NCBI GenBank assembly: GCA_963819145.1
Contig: CAWFVB010000011.1
Span: forward strand, 55,234 to 119,233
DNA: 64,000 bases
Reading direction: 5' to 3'
Source of the DNA: an uncultured Acidobacteriaceae bacterium
Lineage (GTDB): Bacteria; Acidobacteriota; Terriglobia; Terriglobales; Acidobacteriaceae
The position numbers and the translations under genes were made by a program. Below the pieces are notes generated by a model, which saw only the letters and a program-made list of their open reading frames with translations, had not been told where the DNA came from and did no database searches. This document shows positions 8,918-18,981 of this stretch, piece after piece (the stretch's first letter is position 1; each line of letters starts with the position of its first letter).

Positions 8918-10396
8918 TTGTCCACGAAGCCGATTTCACCTGCTAAAGAAACAGTCACGGCCAAGATATCGCGCTGGGCGGCCGGTCTGCAGTATAAGGA
9001 TCTCTCCTCCGAAGCCATCTACCAAGCCAAACGCTTTCTGCTTGATTCGCTGGGCTGCGCTTTGGGTGGATACCAGCAGCACGACGTAAAGATCGCGCTG
9101 GAAGTTCTCGATGAAGTCGCCGGCATGGGGCTGGCTACGGTGGTCGGCACTGGCCGTCACGTTGATCCGGTATCGGCTTCGCTGGCCAACGGCCTCATGA
9201 TTCGTTGCATGGATTACAACGACATTTACTGGAAGCAGGATCCTTCGCATCCTTCGGACATTTTCCCCGCAGCGATCGCGGGGTGCGAGCACCTGGGCAG
9301 CAACGGCAAGGAACTCATTGTCGGACTCATTCTCGGGCACGAGTTCGAGATGCGCTTCTGCGAGGCAGCATTCCCGGGAATTCGCGAGCGTGGCTGGCAT
9401 CACGCCACCCTCACGGCGTTCGTTTCACCCATCGTCGCGGGACGCACGATGCAACTCACCTGGGAACAAATCCAGCACGCGATCGGAATCTCTGCCAGCC
9501 GCCACTGCACTCTGGGCGCAGTCACCGCCGGCAAGCTGACCATGATGAAGAACACGGTCGATCCGATGGCCACGCAAAGTGGAGTGTTCGCCGCCCTGCT
9601 TGCGGTAAAGGGCTACACGGGCCCGGAGCACGTGATCGACGGCAAAGAAGGACTGGCGCACGTCTTCGGCCCGCAGTGGAAGCTAGAACTCCTGACCGAC
9701 GGTTTGGGAGAGTCGTGGCGCATTACGCAATGCGGCATGAAGGCGTTTCCAACCGAGGCTCTGACCCATACACCGATTTCGGCAGTGCTCGACCTGGTCA
9801 AGACAAACAACGTGCATCCGGAGCAGGTGGAGAAAATTCAGATTCGCTCGCTCGCCCGGGCAGCCGACATTCTCTCCGACCCCAGCAAGTACGATCCGCG
9901 CAACAAAGAAACCGCAGACCATTCGTTGCCATACGTGATCGCAGCGGCGCTGGTCGAACGTCAGGTCACTCCCGCTCAGTTCACGATCGAGAAAATCACC
10001 AACCCGAGGATTCGGGAGCAACTGAACAAGATCGAGGTGGTCGCGGATCCCGAGATTGAAAAGGTATTTCCAGCACTACAGAGGGTGATTGTGAATATCA
10101 ATACAACCGATGGACGGACATTCAGCAAGCAACTGGATTATCCCAAAGGCGATCCACGCAATCCCTTGACCGATCAAGAAGTCGAGGAAAAGTTCTCGGC
10201 GCTCGCGGACGGAGTGCTCTCGAAGAGCGCACAGAAGCGAGTACAGGATGCGGTCTGGAACCTGGAACGAGTCGGCTCGGTGAGCGAACTGATGACGCTG
10301 ATGGAAGCTGACGTTCGCAAAGCGAAGCCCGCGGTCGCGAAGAGAAGAATAAAGCCACGTGCGAAACAGAAGAGTCGCAAGCCTGTGCTCGCATAG
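8918..10396 (+). CDS. MmgE/PrpD family dehydratase (2-methylcitrate-dehydratase-like)
   Basis: Tracked ORF 8678..10396 overlaps the HD gene. The PrpD-like sequence begins at TAKISRWAAGLQYKDLSSEAIYQAKRFLLDSLGCALGG. An in-frame TTG at 8918 follows AAGGAG by 6 nt. Confidence 0.85.
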   Translation: MSTKPISPAKETVTAKISRWAAGLQYKDLSSEAIYQAKRFLLDSLGCALGGYQQHDVKIALEVLDEVAGMGLATVVGTGRHVDPVSASLANGLMIRCMDYNDIYWKQDPSHPSDIFPAAIAGCEHLGSNGKELIVGLILGHEFEMRFCEAAFPGIRERGWHHATLTAFVSPIVAGRTMQLTWEQIQHAIGISASRHCTLGAVTAGKLTMMKNTVDPMATQSGVFAALLAVKGYTGPEHVIDGKEGLAHVFGPQWKLELLTDGLGESWRITQCGMKAFPTEALTHTPISAVLDLVKTNNVHPEQVEKIQIRSLARAADILSDPSKYDPRNKETADHSLPYVIAAALVERQVTPAQFTIEKITNPRIREQLNKIEVVADPEIEKVFPALQRVIVNINTTDGRTFSKQLDYPKGDPRNPLTDQEVEEKFSALADGVLSKSAQKRVQDAVWNLERVGSVSELMTLMEADVRKAKPAVAKRRIKPRAKQKSRKPVLA

Positions 10397-10425
10397 AGCG
10401 CCGACACCGAACGTGGCCGCAGCAG

Positions 10426-12417
10426 TTGGAGTCCACCATGCCGCAGACAATTGTCGAAAAGATCGCGCAAGCCCACCTCGCCGATGGCCCGAACAGACCG
10501 GTGCGCGCAGGCGATTTCGTTTCCATCCGGCCGCTTCATGTGATGACGCACGACAACACGTCGGCCGTGATGACCAAGTTCAAGGCTATCGGCGCCAAGA
10601 GAATATTCGACCCGAAGCAACTTGTCTTTGCCCTCGATCACGATATTCAGAATCACGACGAGGCCAATCTGAAGAAATATCGCTTGATCGAAGTCTTCGC
10701 CAAGGAGCACGGAGTCGACTTCTATCCGGCGGGCTCGGGCATCGGTCACCAGATCATGATCGAGCGAGGATATGTGGTGCCGGGATCGTTCGTAGTTGCC
10801 TCCGATTCCCACTCCAACATGTATGGCGCATTGGGCGCGGTAGGCACGCCGATCGTGCGCACCGATGCCGCGGCCGCATGGGCCACCGGCGAATTCTGGT
10901 GGCAGGTGCCGCGTACGATTCAGGTCGTCTTCGAAGGCAAGCTGGCCGAGGGTGTCAGCGGCAAAGACGTGATCATTACTCTGTGCGGGCTCTATAACCA
11001 CGACGAGGCGCTGAACGCCGCGGTTGAATTCTGCGGGCCGGGCGTAGCGAGCCTTCCGATGGATGCGCGCTTTTCCATTTCCAATATGAGCACGGAATGG
11101 GGGCCGCTTGTGGGCTGGTTTCCCGTGGACGAGGTCACGATCCATTACCTGCGCGGTGTTCGCCAGCAGCTGCGGGAGCAGGGTGTCGAGCGATTCACCG
11201 AAAAGGACATCGAGAGATGGCATGCCGCTCCGCCGCAACCCGATCCTGACGCGGAATATTCCGCACGAATTGTCCTCGATCTGAGCCAAGTCGTGCCGCA
11301 TGTCTCCGGCCCCGACTCGGTTCAGACCATGCAATCGGCGGCCGGGATCGAAAAGAAGAAGATCGCGATTCAAAAGGCCTATCTGGTTTCCTGCGTGAAC
11401 TCCCGCGTCGAGGACCTTGAAGCCGCAGCCTGGGTCTTGTGCGGAAAAAAAGTCGCGCCGACAGTAGAGCTTTACGTTGGAGCGGCGAGCGCGTGGACGC
11501 AGCATGAGGCCGAGAAGCGCGGCGTATGGCAGGCGCTGCTCGATGCTGGAGCGATTCCCCTACCGCCGAGCTGTGGACCCTGCATCGGACTCGGAACCGG
11601 ACTGCTGGAAAAAGGCGAAGTCGGCATCTCGGCCACCAACCGCAACTTCAAAGGCCGGATGGGATCGCGCGATGCCCAGTGCTATCTCGCCAGTCCGGAA
11701 GTTGTTGCAGCATCGGCGATTGCGGGCTACATCACCGGGCCGAGGCGGTTCGCGGAGCGCAATGTCGCTCGCCAGTATCAGGAATTCTTCACCGGCGGGC
11801 ACCACGCCGAGCATGTGGAAATTCTGTCCGGATTCCCGGAGCGGGTGAACGGACGCCTTGTGTTCGTGCCGCAGGACAACGTCAACACCGACGCGATTTA
11901 CGGCAAGGACTACACATACCGCGACGACATGACGCCGGAGATGATGGCTCGGGTCATTATGGAGAACTATGACCCGCAATTCGCCGCGCGAACTCGGGGC
12001 GGTGACATCCTTGTCAGTGGATTCAACTTCGGCACTGGATCGAGCCGCGAACAGGCGGTCACCTGCCTGAAGGCCAAAGGCATCTCCCTGGTTATCGCGG
12101 CCAGCTTTTCGCAAACCTACCTCCGTAACGCTTACAACAACGGCTTTTTGTGCATCGAGGTGCCCGGGCTGGTGAAGTGCCTGCGCCAACAACTCGCAAC
12201 CGAGGCCTACGAAAAAACGATCATCCCTGGCGAGAACATAGAGATTGATTTCACTTCCGGCACAGTTGCATGGCGCGGGGAGCGCTTTGCTTTCCCACCG
12301 CTCGGCGATGTGCCGCAATCGTTGGTAATTGCCGGTGGAGCTGAGAATGTAGTCGCAAAGAAGCTCCAGCTGATTCAGAAAGAGCATCCAGAACAGGCTT
12401 TCGTCTCAGGAGATTAA
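10426..12417 (+). CDS. Aconitase-family hydratase with fused large and small subunits (Lys4-type homoaconitase / LeuCD-like)
   Basis: 663 aa. VMTHDNT, LDHDIQN, GIGHQIM, VASDSHSNMYGALG and CGPCIG motifs of the catalytic domain, plus a C-terminal swivel (LeuD-like) domain with GFNFGTGSSREQA. Confidence 0.9.
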   Translation: MESTMPQTIVEKIAQAHLADGPNRPVRAGDFVSIRPLHVMTHDNTSAVMTKFKAIGAKRIFDPKQLVFALDHDIQNHDEANLKKYRLIEVFAKEHGVDFYPAGSGIGHQIMIERGYVVPGSFVVASDSHSNMYGALGAVGTPIVRTDAAAAWATGEFWWQVPRTIQVVFEGKLAEGVSGKDVIITLCGLYNHDEALNAAVEFCGPGVASLPMDARFSISNMSTEWGPLVGWFPVDEVTIHYLRGVRQQLREQGVERFTEKDIERWHAAPPQPDPDAEYSARIVLDLSQVVPHVSGPDSVQTMQSAAGIEKKKIAIQKAYLVSCVNSRVEDLEAAAWVLCGKKVAPTVELYVGAASAWTQHEAEKRGVWQALLDAGAIPLPPSCGPCIGLGTGLLEKGEVGISATNRNFKGRMGSRDAQCYLASPEVVAASAIAGYITGPRRFAERNVARQYQEFFTGGHHAEHVEILSGFPERVNGRLVFVPQDNVNTDAIYGKDYTYRDDMTPEMMARVIMENYDPQFAARTRGGDILVSGFNFGTGSSREQAVTCLKAKGISLVIAASFSQTYLRNAYNNGFLCIEVPGLVKCLRQQLATEAYEKTIIPGENIEIDFTSGTVAWRGERFAFPPLGDVPQSLVIAGGAENVVAKKLQLIQKEHPEQAFVSGD

Positions 12418-12422
12418 CGAAG

Positions 12423-13667
12423 ATGGCAAAACATACCGTGGTGACAATGCCGGGAGATGGAATCGGCAATCAGGTTCTTCCCGAGGCTGTCCGGATTCTG
12501 AAAGCAGTTGGGCTCGACGCCGAGTACGTCCATGCCGATATCGGCTGGGACTGTTGGTGCCGCGAAGGCAACGCCCTGCCGCAGCGCACCGTAGAACTGC
12601 TGGCCAAACACAGACTTGGACTCTTTGGAGCCATCACGTCCAAGCCCAAGAAGCAGGCTGAAGCCGATCTGCGGCCGGAACTTCGAGGCAAGGGTTACTC
12701 GTATTTCAGCCCCATCGTCACCATGCGACAGCGGTTTCATCTCGACACGTGTATTCGGCCTTGCATTTCGTTTCCCGGCAATCCGCTGAACTTCATTCGT
12801 AAGCACGCCGGCGGAGGTTTCGACGAACCGCTGGTCAACGTCGTCGTCTTCCGGCAAAACACCGAAGGGCTTTATGCCGGTGTGGAGTGGACGAATCCGC
12901 CGGAACAGATTCAGGCCGCGCTCGCGACGCATCCCAAATTCAAACCGTTCGGCTCTATTGCCGGACCAGACCTCGCCGTCTCGGTTCGCGTAATTACACG
13001 GAGCGCAGCGCGCAAGATTTGCACGGCTGCTTTCGAGTGGGCAAAGAAATACGGCTATAAATCCGTAACCATCTGCGAGAAGCCGAACGTGCTGCGCGAA
13101 ACCTCCGGCATGATGGAAGAGGAAGCAAAATCTGTGGCGAAGGAGTATCCGGGCATCGCATTGTGGTCTACCAACATTGACGCACAGACGATGTGGCTGA
13201 CCAAGAACCCGGAAGACTACGGTGTTGTCGTGGCCTCGAACCTGTTTGGCGACGTGATCTCCGATGCATTCGCAGGCTTGATCGGAGGCCTGGGCTTCGC
13301 CGCATCCGGCAACATTGGGGATGAAGTAGCAGTTTTCGAGCCGACTCATGGGTCCGCGCCGAAATATGCGGAACTCGATCCGCCGATCGTGAACCCGATC
13401 GCCATGTTTCTCTCGGCGGTAATGATGCTGGAGCATGTCGGCGAAATCGAGAAAGCTCGGCGCATCCGGGAAGCCATCGCGGCCGTCGTGATGGAGGGCA
13501 GGGTCCGCACTTATGACATGATGCGCATCCCGGGCGGGGCCAAAGCCATCAGTCAGGGCGCGGCCAGTACGGTGCAGATGACGGACGCGGTTTTAGCGAA
13601 GTTGGCGCAGCCCTCGAATTTCACCGAGGAGCGTGCCGAGTTTGCGGAAGTGGGAAGCGATATATAG
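12423..13667 (+). CDS. Isocitrate/isopropylmalate/homoisocitrate dehydrogenase family protein
   Basis: 414 aa. N-terminal MPGDGIGNQV, VFRQNTEGLYAG, NLFGDVISD and EPTHGSAPK motifs of beta-decarboxylating dehydrogenases. Confidence 0.9.
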   Translation: MAKHTVVTMPGDGIGNQVLPEAVRILKAVGLDAEYVHADIGWDCWCREGNALPQRTVELLAKHRLGLFGAITSKPKKQAEADLRPELRGKGYSYFSPIVTMRQRFHLDTCIRPCISFPGNPLNFIRKHAGGGFDEPLVNVVVFRQNTEGLYAGVEWTNPPEQIQAALATHPKFKPFGSIAGPDLAVSVRVITRSAARKICTAAFEWAKKYGYKSVTICEKPNVLRETSGMMEEEAKSVAKEYPGIALWSTNIDAQTMWLTKNPEDYGVVVASNLFGDVISDAFAGLIGGLGFAASGNIGDEVAVFEPTHGSAPKYAELDPPIVNPIAMFLSAVMMLEHVGEIEKARRIREAIAAVVMEGRVRTYDMMRIPGGAKAISQGAASTVQMTDAVLAKLAQPSNFTEERAEFAEVGSDI

Positions 13668-13672
13668 CGGCG

Positions 13673-14887
13673 GTGGATCTCATGACGGTGGCAATCGAAA
13701 CTCGTACAGGCGAAGCCGGACACTGGGGCGCCGACATTCGCTCTGATCTTCATGTGCGGATCGAACCCAGTGAACGCGGGGGTACGCATATTGAACTCGA
13801 GTCGCGCGTCGAGCCTTACTATGGCGACTCGATTCGAAGGCAGACCGAAGAAGTGCTCGAAGCGCTCGGCGTTCGGCACGCGCATGTTCTGATTCACGAT
13901 GAGGGTGCGCTGCCTTTCGTGATTGCGGCGCGCATCGAAGCGGCAGTCCGGCGGGCGGGACTGGGCGAAGGCACGCGCGTGCTCCCGGAGAAAATCGCGC
14001 TGCCCGAGTCTTCCGCCCGCGACAGGCTCCGGCGGTCGCGACTCTATCTTCCCGGCAGTGAGCCGAAGTACTTCATCAACGCCGCACTCCACGGGGCTGA
14101 CGCCATCATTCTCGACCTCGAGGACTCAGTACACGCCAGCGAGAAGGACGCTGCCCGCCTGCTTGTGCGCAACGCGCTGCGCGCCGTGGATTTTCTGCAG
14201 TGCGAACGCATGGTGCGAATCAACCAAATCCCACTCGGATTGGAGGATCTCGACGAGATTGTGCCCGAATCTCCCGACCTCATCCTGATTCCCAAGGTTG
14301 AGGACCCGGCTCAGATCATCGAAGCGGGCAAGCGTATTGCCACAATCAAAGCAGACTACGGCATCACGCGTTCGGTCTGGTTGATGCCGATTCTTGAGTC
14401 CGCGCTTGGCATCGAGAATGCGTTCGCGATCGCCCAGGCAAGCGATAAGATTGTCGCGTTGACGATTGGACTGGAAGACTACACCGCCGACCTTGGCGTG
14501 GTGAAGAGTTCGACCGGCGCGGAATCGCTCTATGCCAGGCAGCGAGTGGTAAACGCGGCTCACGCCTCCGGAGTGCAAGCCATCGATTCCGTCTTCGGCG
14601 ATGTCGGCGACTTGGAGGGCCTGCGCGCCTGGAGCATGAATTCCCGCACCCTGGGTTTTGAAGGAATGGGTTGTGTCCATCCTCTGCAGATAGCGATGAT
14701 TCACGACGCGTTCGCTCCTACATCGTCTGAAATCGAAAAAGCCCGAAGAATCGTCGCCGCTTACAACGACGCGCAACAGAAGGGCCTGGGGGTAGTGAGC
14801 CTCGGCTCGAAAATGGTCGACGCTCCGGTAGTGCAGAGGGCTCTGAAACTAATGGCTCGCGCTCGGGCAATGGGTCTCGTGGACTAA
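13673..14887 (+). CDS. citE: Citrate-lyase gamma (acyl-carrier, CitD) fused to beta (citryl-ACP lyase, CitE) subunit
   Basis: 404 aa. Residues 1-100 align to CitD: IRSDLHVRIEPS matches the prosthetic-group Ser region, and HDEGALPFVIAARIEAA matches DDKGALDCILRARLEA. The remainder is HpcH/CitE-like (SRLYLPGSEPKY...ADAIILDLEDSV). Confidence 0.85.
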   Translation: MDLMTVAIETRTGEAGHWGADIRSDLHVRIEPSERGGTHIELESRVEPYYGDSIRRQTEEVLEALGVRHAHVLIHDEGALPFVIAARIEAAVRRAGLGEGTRVLPEKIALPESSARDRLRRSRLYLPGSEPKYFINAALHGADAIILDLEDSVHASEKDAARLLVRNALRAVDFLQCERMVRINQIPLGLEDLDEIVPESPDLILIPKVEDPAQIIEAGKRIATIKADYGITRSVWLMPILESALGIENAFAIAQASDKIVALTIGLEDYTADLGVVKSSTGAESLYARQRVVNAAHASGVQAIDSVFGDVGDLEGLRAWSMNSRTLGFEGMGCVHPLQIAMIHDAFAPTSSEIEKARRIVAAYNDAQQKGLGVVSLGSKMVDAPVVQRALKLMARARAMGLVD

Positions 14888-14913
14888 AGACCCGTGCAGG
14901 AAGAGGAAACATC

Positions 14914-16482
14914 GTGCCAATCCTGGACAAGACTGAAATAGCCGCAAACGCCGCAGGGCGCATGGTGCCGGAGAGTGTCAACGGCCGCTCGCAAGTTCCC
15001 TACATGGGCGTCGGGAAATACTGCCCGCTCGATGGCAAAGCCTCACCCCCGATCCGCAGCGCAGCAGATTATCCGACGAACGGCGACAAACGGGTGCCCG
15101 ATTTCGAAACCGCGCTGCGCAAGTGCGGACTGCGGGACGGTATGGTCGTGTCGTCGCATCATCACCTTCGCGATGGCGACCGCGTCGCTCTCATGGCTCT
15201 CGAGACCGCGGCTAGAATGAAAGTCAAGGATCTGATGTGGTTTCCCAGCGCTTCGTTCCCTTCACAAAAAAGCGCGATTGAGTTGATGGAATCGGGAGTA
15301 ATCGACCACATCGAAGGCAGCATGAACGGGCCACTCGGCGACTACTGCACACAGGGCAAGATGCGCGGGATGGGGGTTCTGCGATCGCACGGTGGACGCT
15401 GGCAGGCGATTCAGGACGGAGAGGTGCACATTGACATCGCGGTCATCGCCGCACCGTCGGCCGATCCTTTCGGCAACTGCGATGGCTCGCATGGAAAATC
15501 GGCTTGCGGTTCCCTGGGCTTCGCCCTGGCCGACTCCATCTACGCGGACCACGTCATTGTCGTAACCGACAATCTGGTTCCCTTCCCCTGCGTTCCGTGG
15601 CAGATTCAAGGCAACAACGTGGACTATGTGGTGGAGGTCGATTCTATCGGCGATCCAGCGAGGATTGTCTCTGGCACGACGCAAGTCACACGCTCGCCCG
15701 ACCGCTTGCGCATCGCGGAATTCGTCGCCCGATTCCTGCGCGATGCGGGCATCATGCGAAACGGGTTTTCGTTTCAGGCCGGCGCTGGAGGAATCGCACT
15801 GGCCTTCATCAGCTACCTCAAGGAGATGATGAAGCAAGCGGGAGTGAAGGCGCGCTTCGTGCGCGGCGGCTCGACCAAGCACCTGGTGGAACTGCTGGAA
15901 GAAGGACTCTGCGACTACATTCTCGACGGGCAAACGTTCGACCTTGACGGCGTGCGGTCCCTGGCGAACAACCCGCGCCACATTGCGACTTCGCCGTTTA
16001 CTTCGTACAACTACCATGGCAAGGGAAATTTCGCGTCGCTGGTGGATGCGGTGGTGCTGGGCGCGACCGAAGTGGATACGAATTTCAACGCCAACGTAGT
16101 AACTCATTCCGACGGCCGGCTTCTGCACGGCATTGGCGGATGGCAGAACTGCCTCGCAGCCGGATGCACGATTCTCGCTGTACCCTCGTTTCGCGACAGA
16201 ATTCCCGTGATTGTGGACGAAGTAACAACGCTGTGTGGACCGGGCGAGCTGATCGATGTCGTCGTAACCGAGCGCGGCATCGCCATCAACCCGCGGCGGG
16301 CAGATCTCATGGAGGCAGTGAAACACTCGAAGCTGCCGATCCGCCCTCTACAGGAAATCAAGAGGGAGGTCGAGCGCATCTGCGGCGGAAAGCCTCATAA
16401 ACCGAAGCCCGGGAATCGGCCGGTTGCCGTCGTTAAGTGGGTGGATGGCACGGTGCTCGATACGGTCTGGCAGATTCGGTGA
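14914..16482 (+). CDS. citF: Citrate lyase alpha subunit (citrate CoA/ACP-transferase)
   Basis: 522 aa with full-length CitF-like sequence (VVSSHHHLRDGD, FQAGAGGIALA, GGWQNC...). Confidence 0.9.
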   Translation: MPILDKTEIAANAAGRMVPESVNGRSQVPYMGVGKYCPLDGKASPPIRSAADYPTNGDKRVPDFETALRKCGLRDGMVVSSHHHLRDGDRVALMALETAARMKVKDLMWFPSASFPSQKSAIELMESGVIDHIEGSMNGPLGDYCTQGKMRGMGVLRSHGGRWQAIQDGEVHIDIAVIAAPSADPFGNCDGSHGKSACGSLGFALADSIYADHVIVVTDNLVPFPCVPWQIQGNNVDYVVEVDSIGDPARIVSGTTQVTRSPDRLRIAEFVARFLRDAGIMRNGFSFQAGAGGIALAFISYLKEMMKQAGVKARFVRGGSTKHLVELLEEGLCDYILDGQTFDLDGVRSLANNPRHIATSPFTSYNYHGKGNFASLVDAVVLGATEVDTNFNANVVTHSDGRLLHGIGGWQNCLAAGCTILAVPSFRDRIPVIVDEVTTLCGPGELIDVVVTERGIAINPRRADLMEAVKHSKLPIRPLQEIKREVERICGGKPHKPKPGNRPVAVVKWVDGTVLDTVWQIR

Positions 16483-16636
16483 CGCGGACGCATCGTTCGT
16501 CCTGACAATGCGGGCGTTCCCAGCACAAGCCGGACTCCACCCGGAGTCTCTGTATCGATATTCGCCGCGCAGGTTCTATAATTCCCATTCTCAGAAACTG
16601 ATTATTTGGAATTGCTGAAAATCCCAGGAGGCTCTC

Positions 16637-18940
16637 TTGACGCCAACCCGCTTACTCACTTCTTGCTGCGTTGTTGTTTTCATTGCACAACTGAGCTGGG
16701 CACAATCCTCATCCATGAAAACGGTTGACCCTGCGCAGCTCTCGGGGTACACAGCTCAATCTTCGAAGCCGGAGCGGGAGTGGGAGAAGAAATTTCGGGA
16801 CGGCATCGTTGCCGAAAACTTGCGTCAGAACATGCAGCGCTTGAGCGCTCGTCCGCACCACGTGGGCTCGCCCTACGACAAAGACAATGCCGAGTGGATT
16901 CTCTCGAAGTTCAAAGAATGGGGATTTGATGCGCACATCGAAACCTTCCAGGTGCTGTTCCCGACGCCCAAAGAGCGCGTGGTGGAAATGATGGAGCCCA
17001 CGAAGTTCCGCGCGAAGCTGCAGGAGCCGGCGGTTGCCGGCGACCCGACCTCCAATCAGACTGCCGAGCAGTTGCCGACCTACAACGCCTACTCGATCGA
17101 CGGAGACGTGACGGCGCCGCTGGTCTATGTGAACTATGGCAACCGCGACGATTACGAGCAACTCGACCGCCTGGGGATTTCGGTCAAGGGCGCGATCGTC
17201 ATCGCCCGCTACGGCGAAGGCTGGCGCGGCATCAAGCCGAAAGTCGCGGCGGAGCACGGCGCGATCGGCTGCATCATCTATTCCGATCCCAAGGACGACG
17301 GCTACTTCAACGGCGACGATTATCCCAAGGGCGGGTGGCGGCCGCGAGGAAGGCGTTCAGCGCGGCAGCGTCATGGACACCGACTATCCCGGCGATCCTC
17401 TGACGCCCGGAGTTGGCGCGACGGCCGACGCCAAGCGGCTCGACATCAATGACGCGAAGACGATCACCAAGATTCCGGTGCTGCCGATTTCCTACGGCGA
17501 TGCCTTGCCGCTGCTTTCCGCGCTCGCAGGGACCGGTTGCGCCCGAAAGCATGGCGAGGCGCGTTGCCCATCACCTATCACGTCGGTCCCGGGCCCGCGC
17601 AAAGTCCATCTGAAGGTCGCATCGAACTGGGATCTGAAGCCGGTCAACGACGTCATCGCCACCATGCGCGGGTCGCGAGGCCCCGGATCAGTGGGTGATC
17701 CGCGGCAATCACTACGACGCCTGGGTCAACGGCGCCGATGATCCAATGTCGGGCATGTCAGCGGTTCTGGAAGAGGCGCGCGATGCTGGGCGAACTGCAC
17801 AAGCAGGGATGGAATCCGAAGCGAACCATCATCTATTGCGCGTGGGACGGCGAAGAGCCGGGACTGCTGGGTTCGACCGAGTGGGTCGAGACTCACGGCG
17901 ACGAACTGCAGAAGCACGCCGTCGCCTACATCAATTCCGACAGCAACGGCCGCGGATTCTTTCACGCTGCGGGATCGCACGATCTCGAAAAGCTCATCAA
18001 CGATGTGATTCGCGAGATCAAAGATCCGGAGAAAGATATCTCGGTGTGGCAGCGAGCGCGTCTGCCGCGCATCGCGAACGCGAAGAATCCGGAGGAACGC
18101 GGCGAAATTCGGAAGCGGGCTGAACTGGCGATCGGCGCGCTGGGAGACGGTTCCGACTACGCTTCGTTCCTCGACCATGCCGGCATCTCGGCGCTGAACA
18201 TCGGCTACGGCGGAGAAAACGACGCCGATGCGTACCATTCGATCTACGACGACTTCTACTGGTACACGAAGTTCGTCGACACCGATTTCTCCTACGGACG
18301 CGCACTGGCGCAGACCGGAGGCACAGCCGTCCTGCGTCTGGCGGATGCCGAACTGATTCCCTACGAATACGTTGCGAATGGCCGACACTATCGCCAAATA
18401 CGTGTCCGAACTGGAGAAACTGCTCAAAGACAAGCAGGACGAGATCAAGGAGCGCAACCTGGAATTGAAAGAAGGAGTTTTCACGGCCGTCGCCGATCCG
18501 CGCAAGACTTCTGTGCCTCCACCACGCGAAGCCGAGCCTCCGTACATGAATTTCGCGCCGCTGAAGAATGGCGTGGATGCCATCAAGAAAGCGCGGACCG
18601 TTACCAGGCTGCGGCCGCGAAAGCACAAACCGAAGGCGCGACGCCGCTCTCCGCGCGAGCACTGGACTCGCTGAACACCGATCTCCTGTTGATCCAGCGC
18701 ACGTTCCTCACCGAGCGTGGACTCCCCGAGCGGCCATGGTTCAAGCACCAGGTCTACGCGCCGGGAGCGTATACCGGCTACGGAGCCAAGCCACTCGCGG
18801 CCGTCCGCGAGTATATGGACGAAAAGAAATGGGCTGAGGCCGATGCTCAAGTTCCCGGCGTGGCGAAAGTGCTGGAGGATGTTGCCGCGGCCATTGGAAA
18901 AGCGGCCGATGAACTGGAATCGGCTGAATCGGGCCGGTAA
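16637..18940 (+). pseudogene. Secreted M28-family peptidase of the glutamate-carboxypeptidase-II / transferrin-receptor-like type, multiply frameshifted
   Basis: One protein reads through ORFs 16637..17452, 17136..17741, 17413..17613, 17695..18123, 17738..18940 and 18372..18674. It has a signal peptide, a PA domain, an M28 core (VIRGNHYDAW, CAWDGEEPGLLGSTEW, YINSDS) and a TfR-like dimerisation domain. There are at least 8 frame changes (about 17345, 17529, 17551, 17600, 17676, 17782, 18365-18380, 18600). Confidence 0.8.
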
Positions 18941-18981
18941 ACGCGCATCCGCTGGTTATCGAATCGCGACAGAGGGAACCT

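Noticed and set aside
10174-11505. 443-aa ORF antisense to the aconitase-family gene. Similar long antisense ORFs occur at 12414..13436, 15262..16326, 17726..18850, 521..1432, 2884..3840, 5905..6858, 7176..7919, 3941..5176, 31189..32049 and 23660..24295.
   Set aside because: Their translations are Arg/Gly/Ala/Pro-rich with no recognisable motifs. They lie entirely opposite genes with strong family signatures. Long shadow ORFs are expected on the antisense strand of GC-rich coding DNA.
16531-16549. Hairpin gactcc-accc-ggagtc after citF as a terminator.
   Set aside because: The stem is only 6 bp and there is no U-tract, which is too weak to call.
16637-18940. Programmed ribosomal frameshifting as an explanation for the broken genes.
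   Set aside because: There are too many sites (8 or more in one gene, more than 40 in the window). No slippery heptamers or downstream structures are evident. The shifts occur in unrelated genes at arbitrary sequence contexts.
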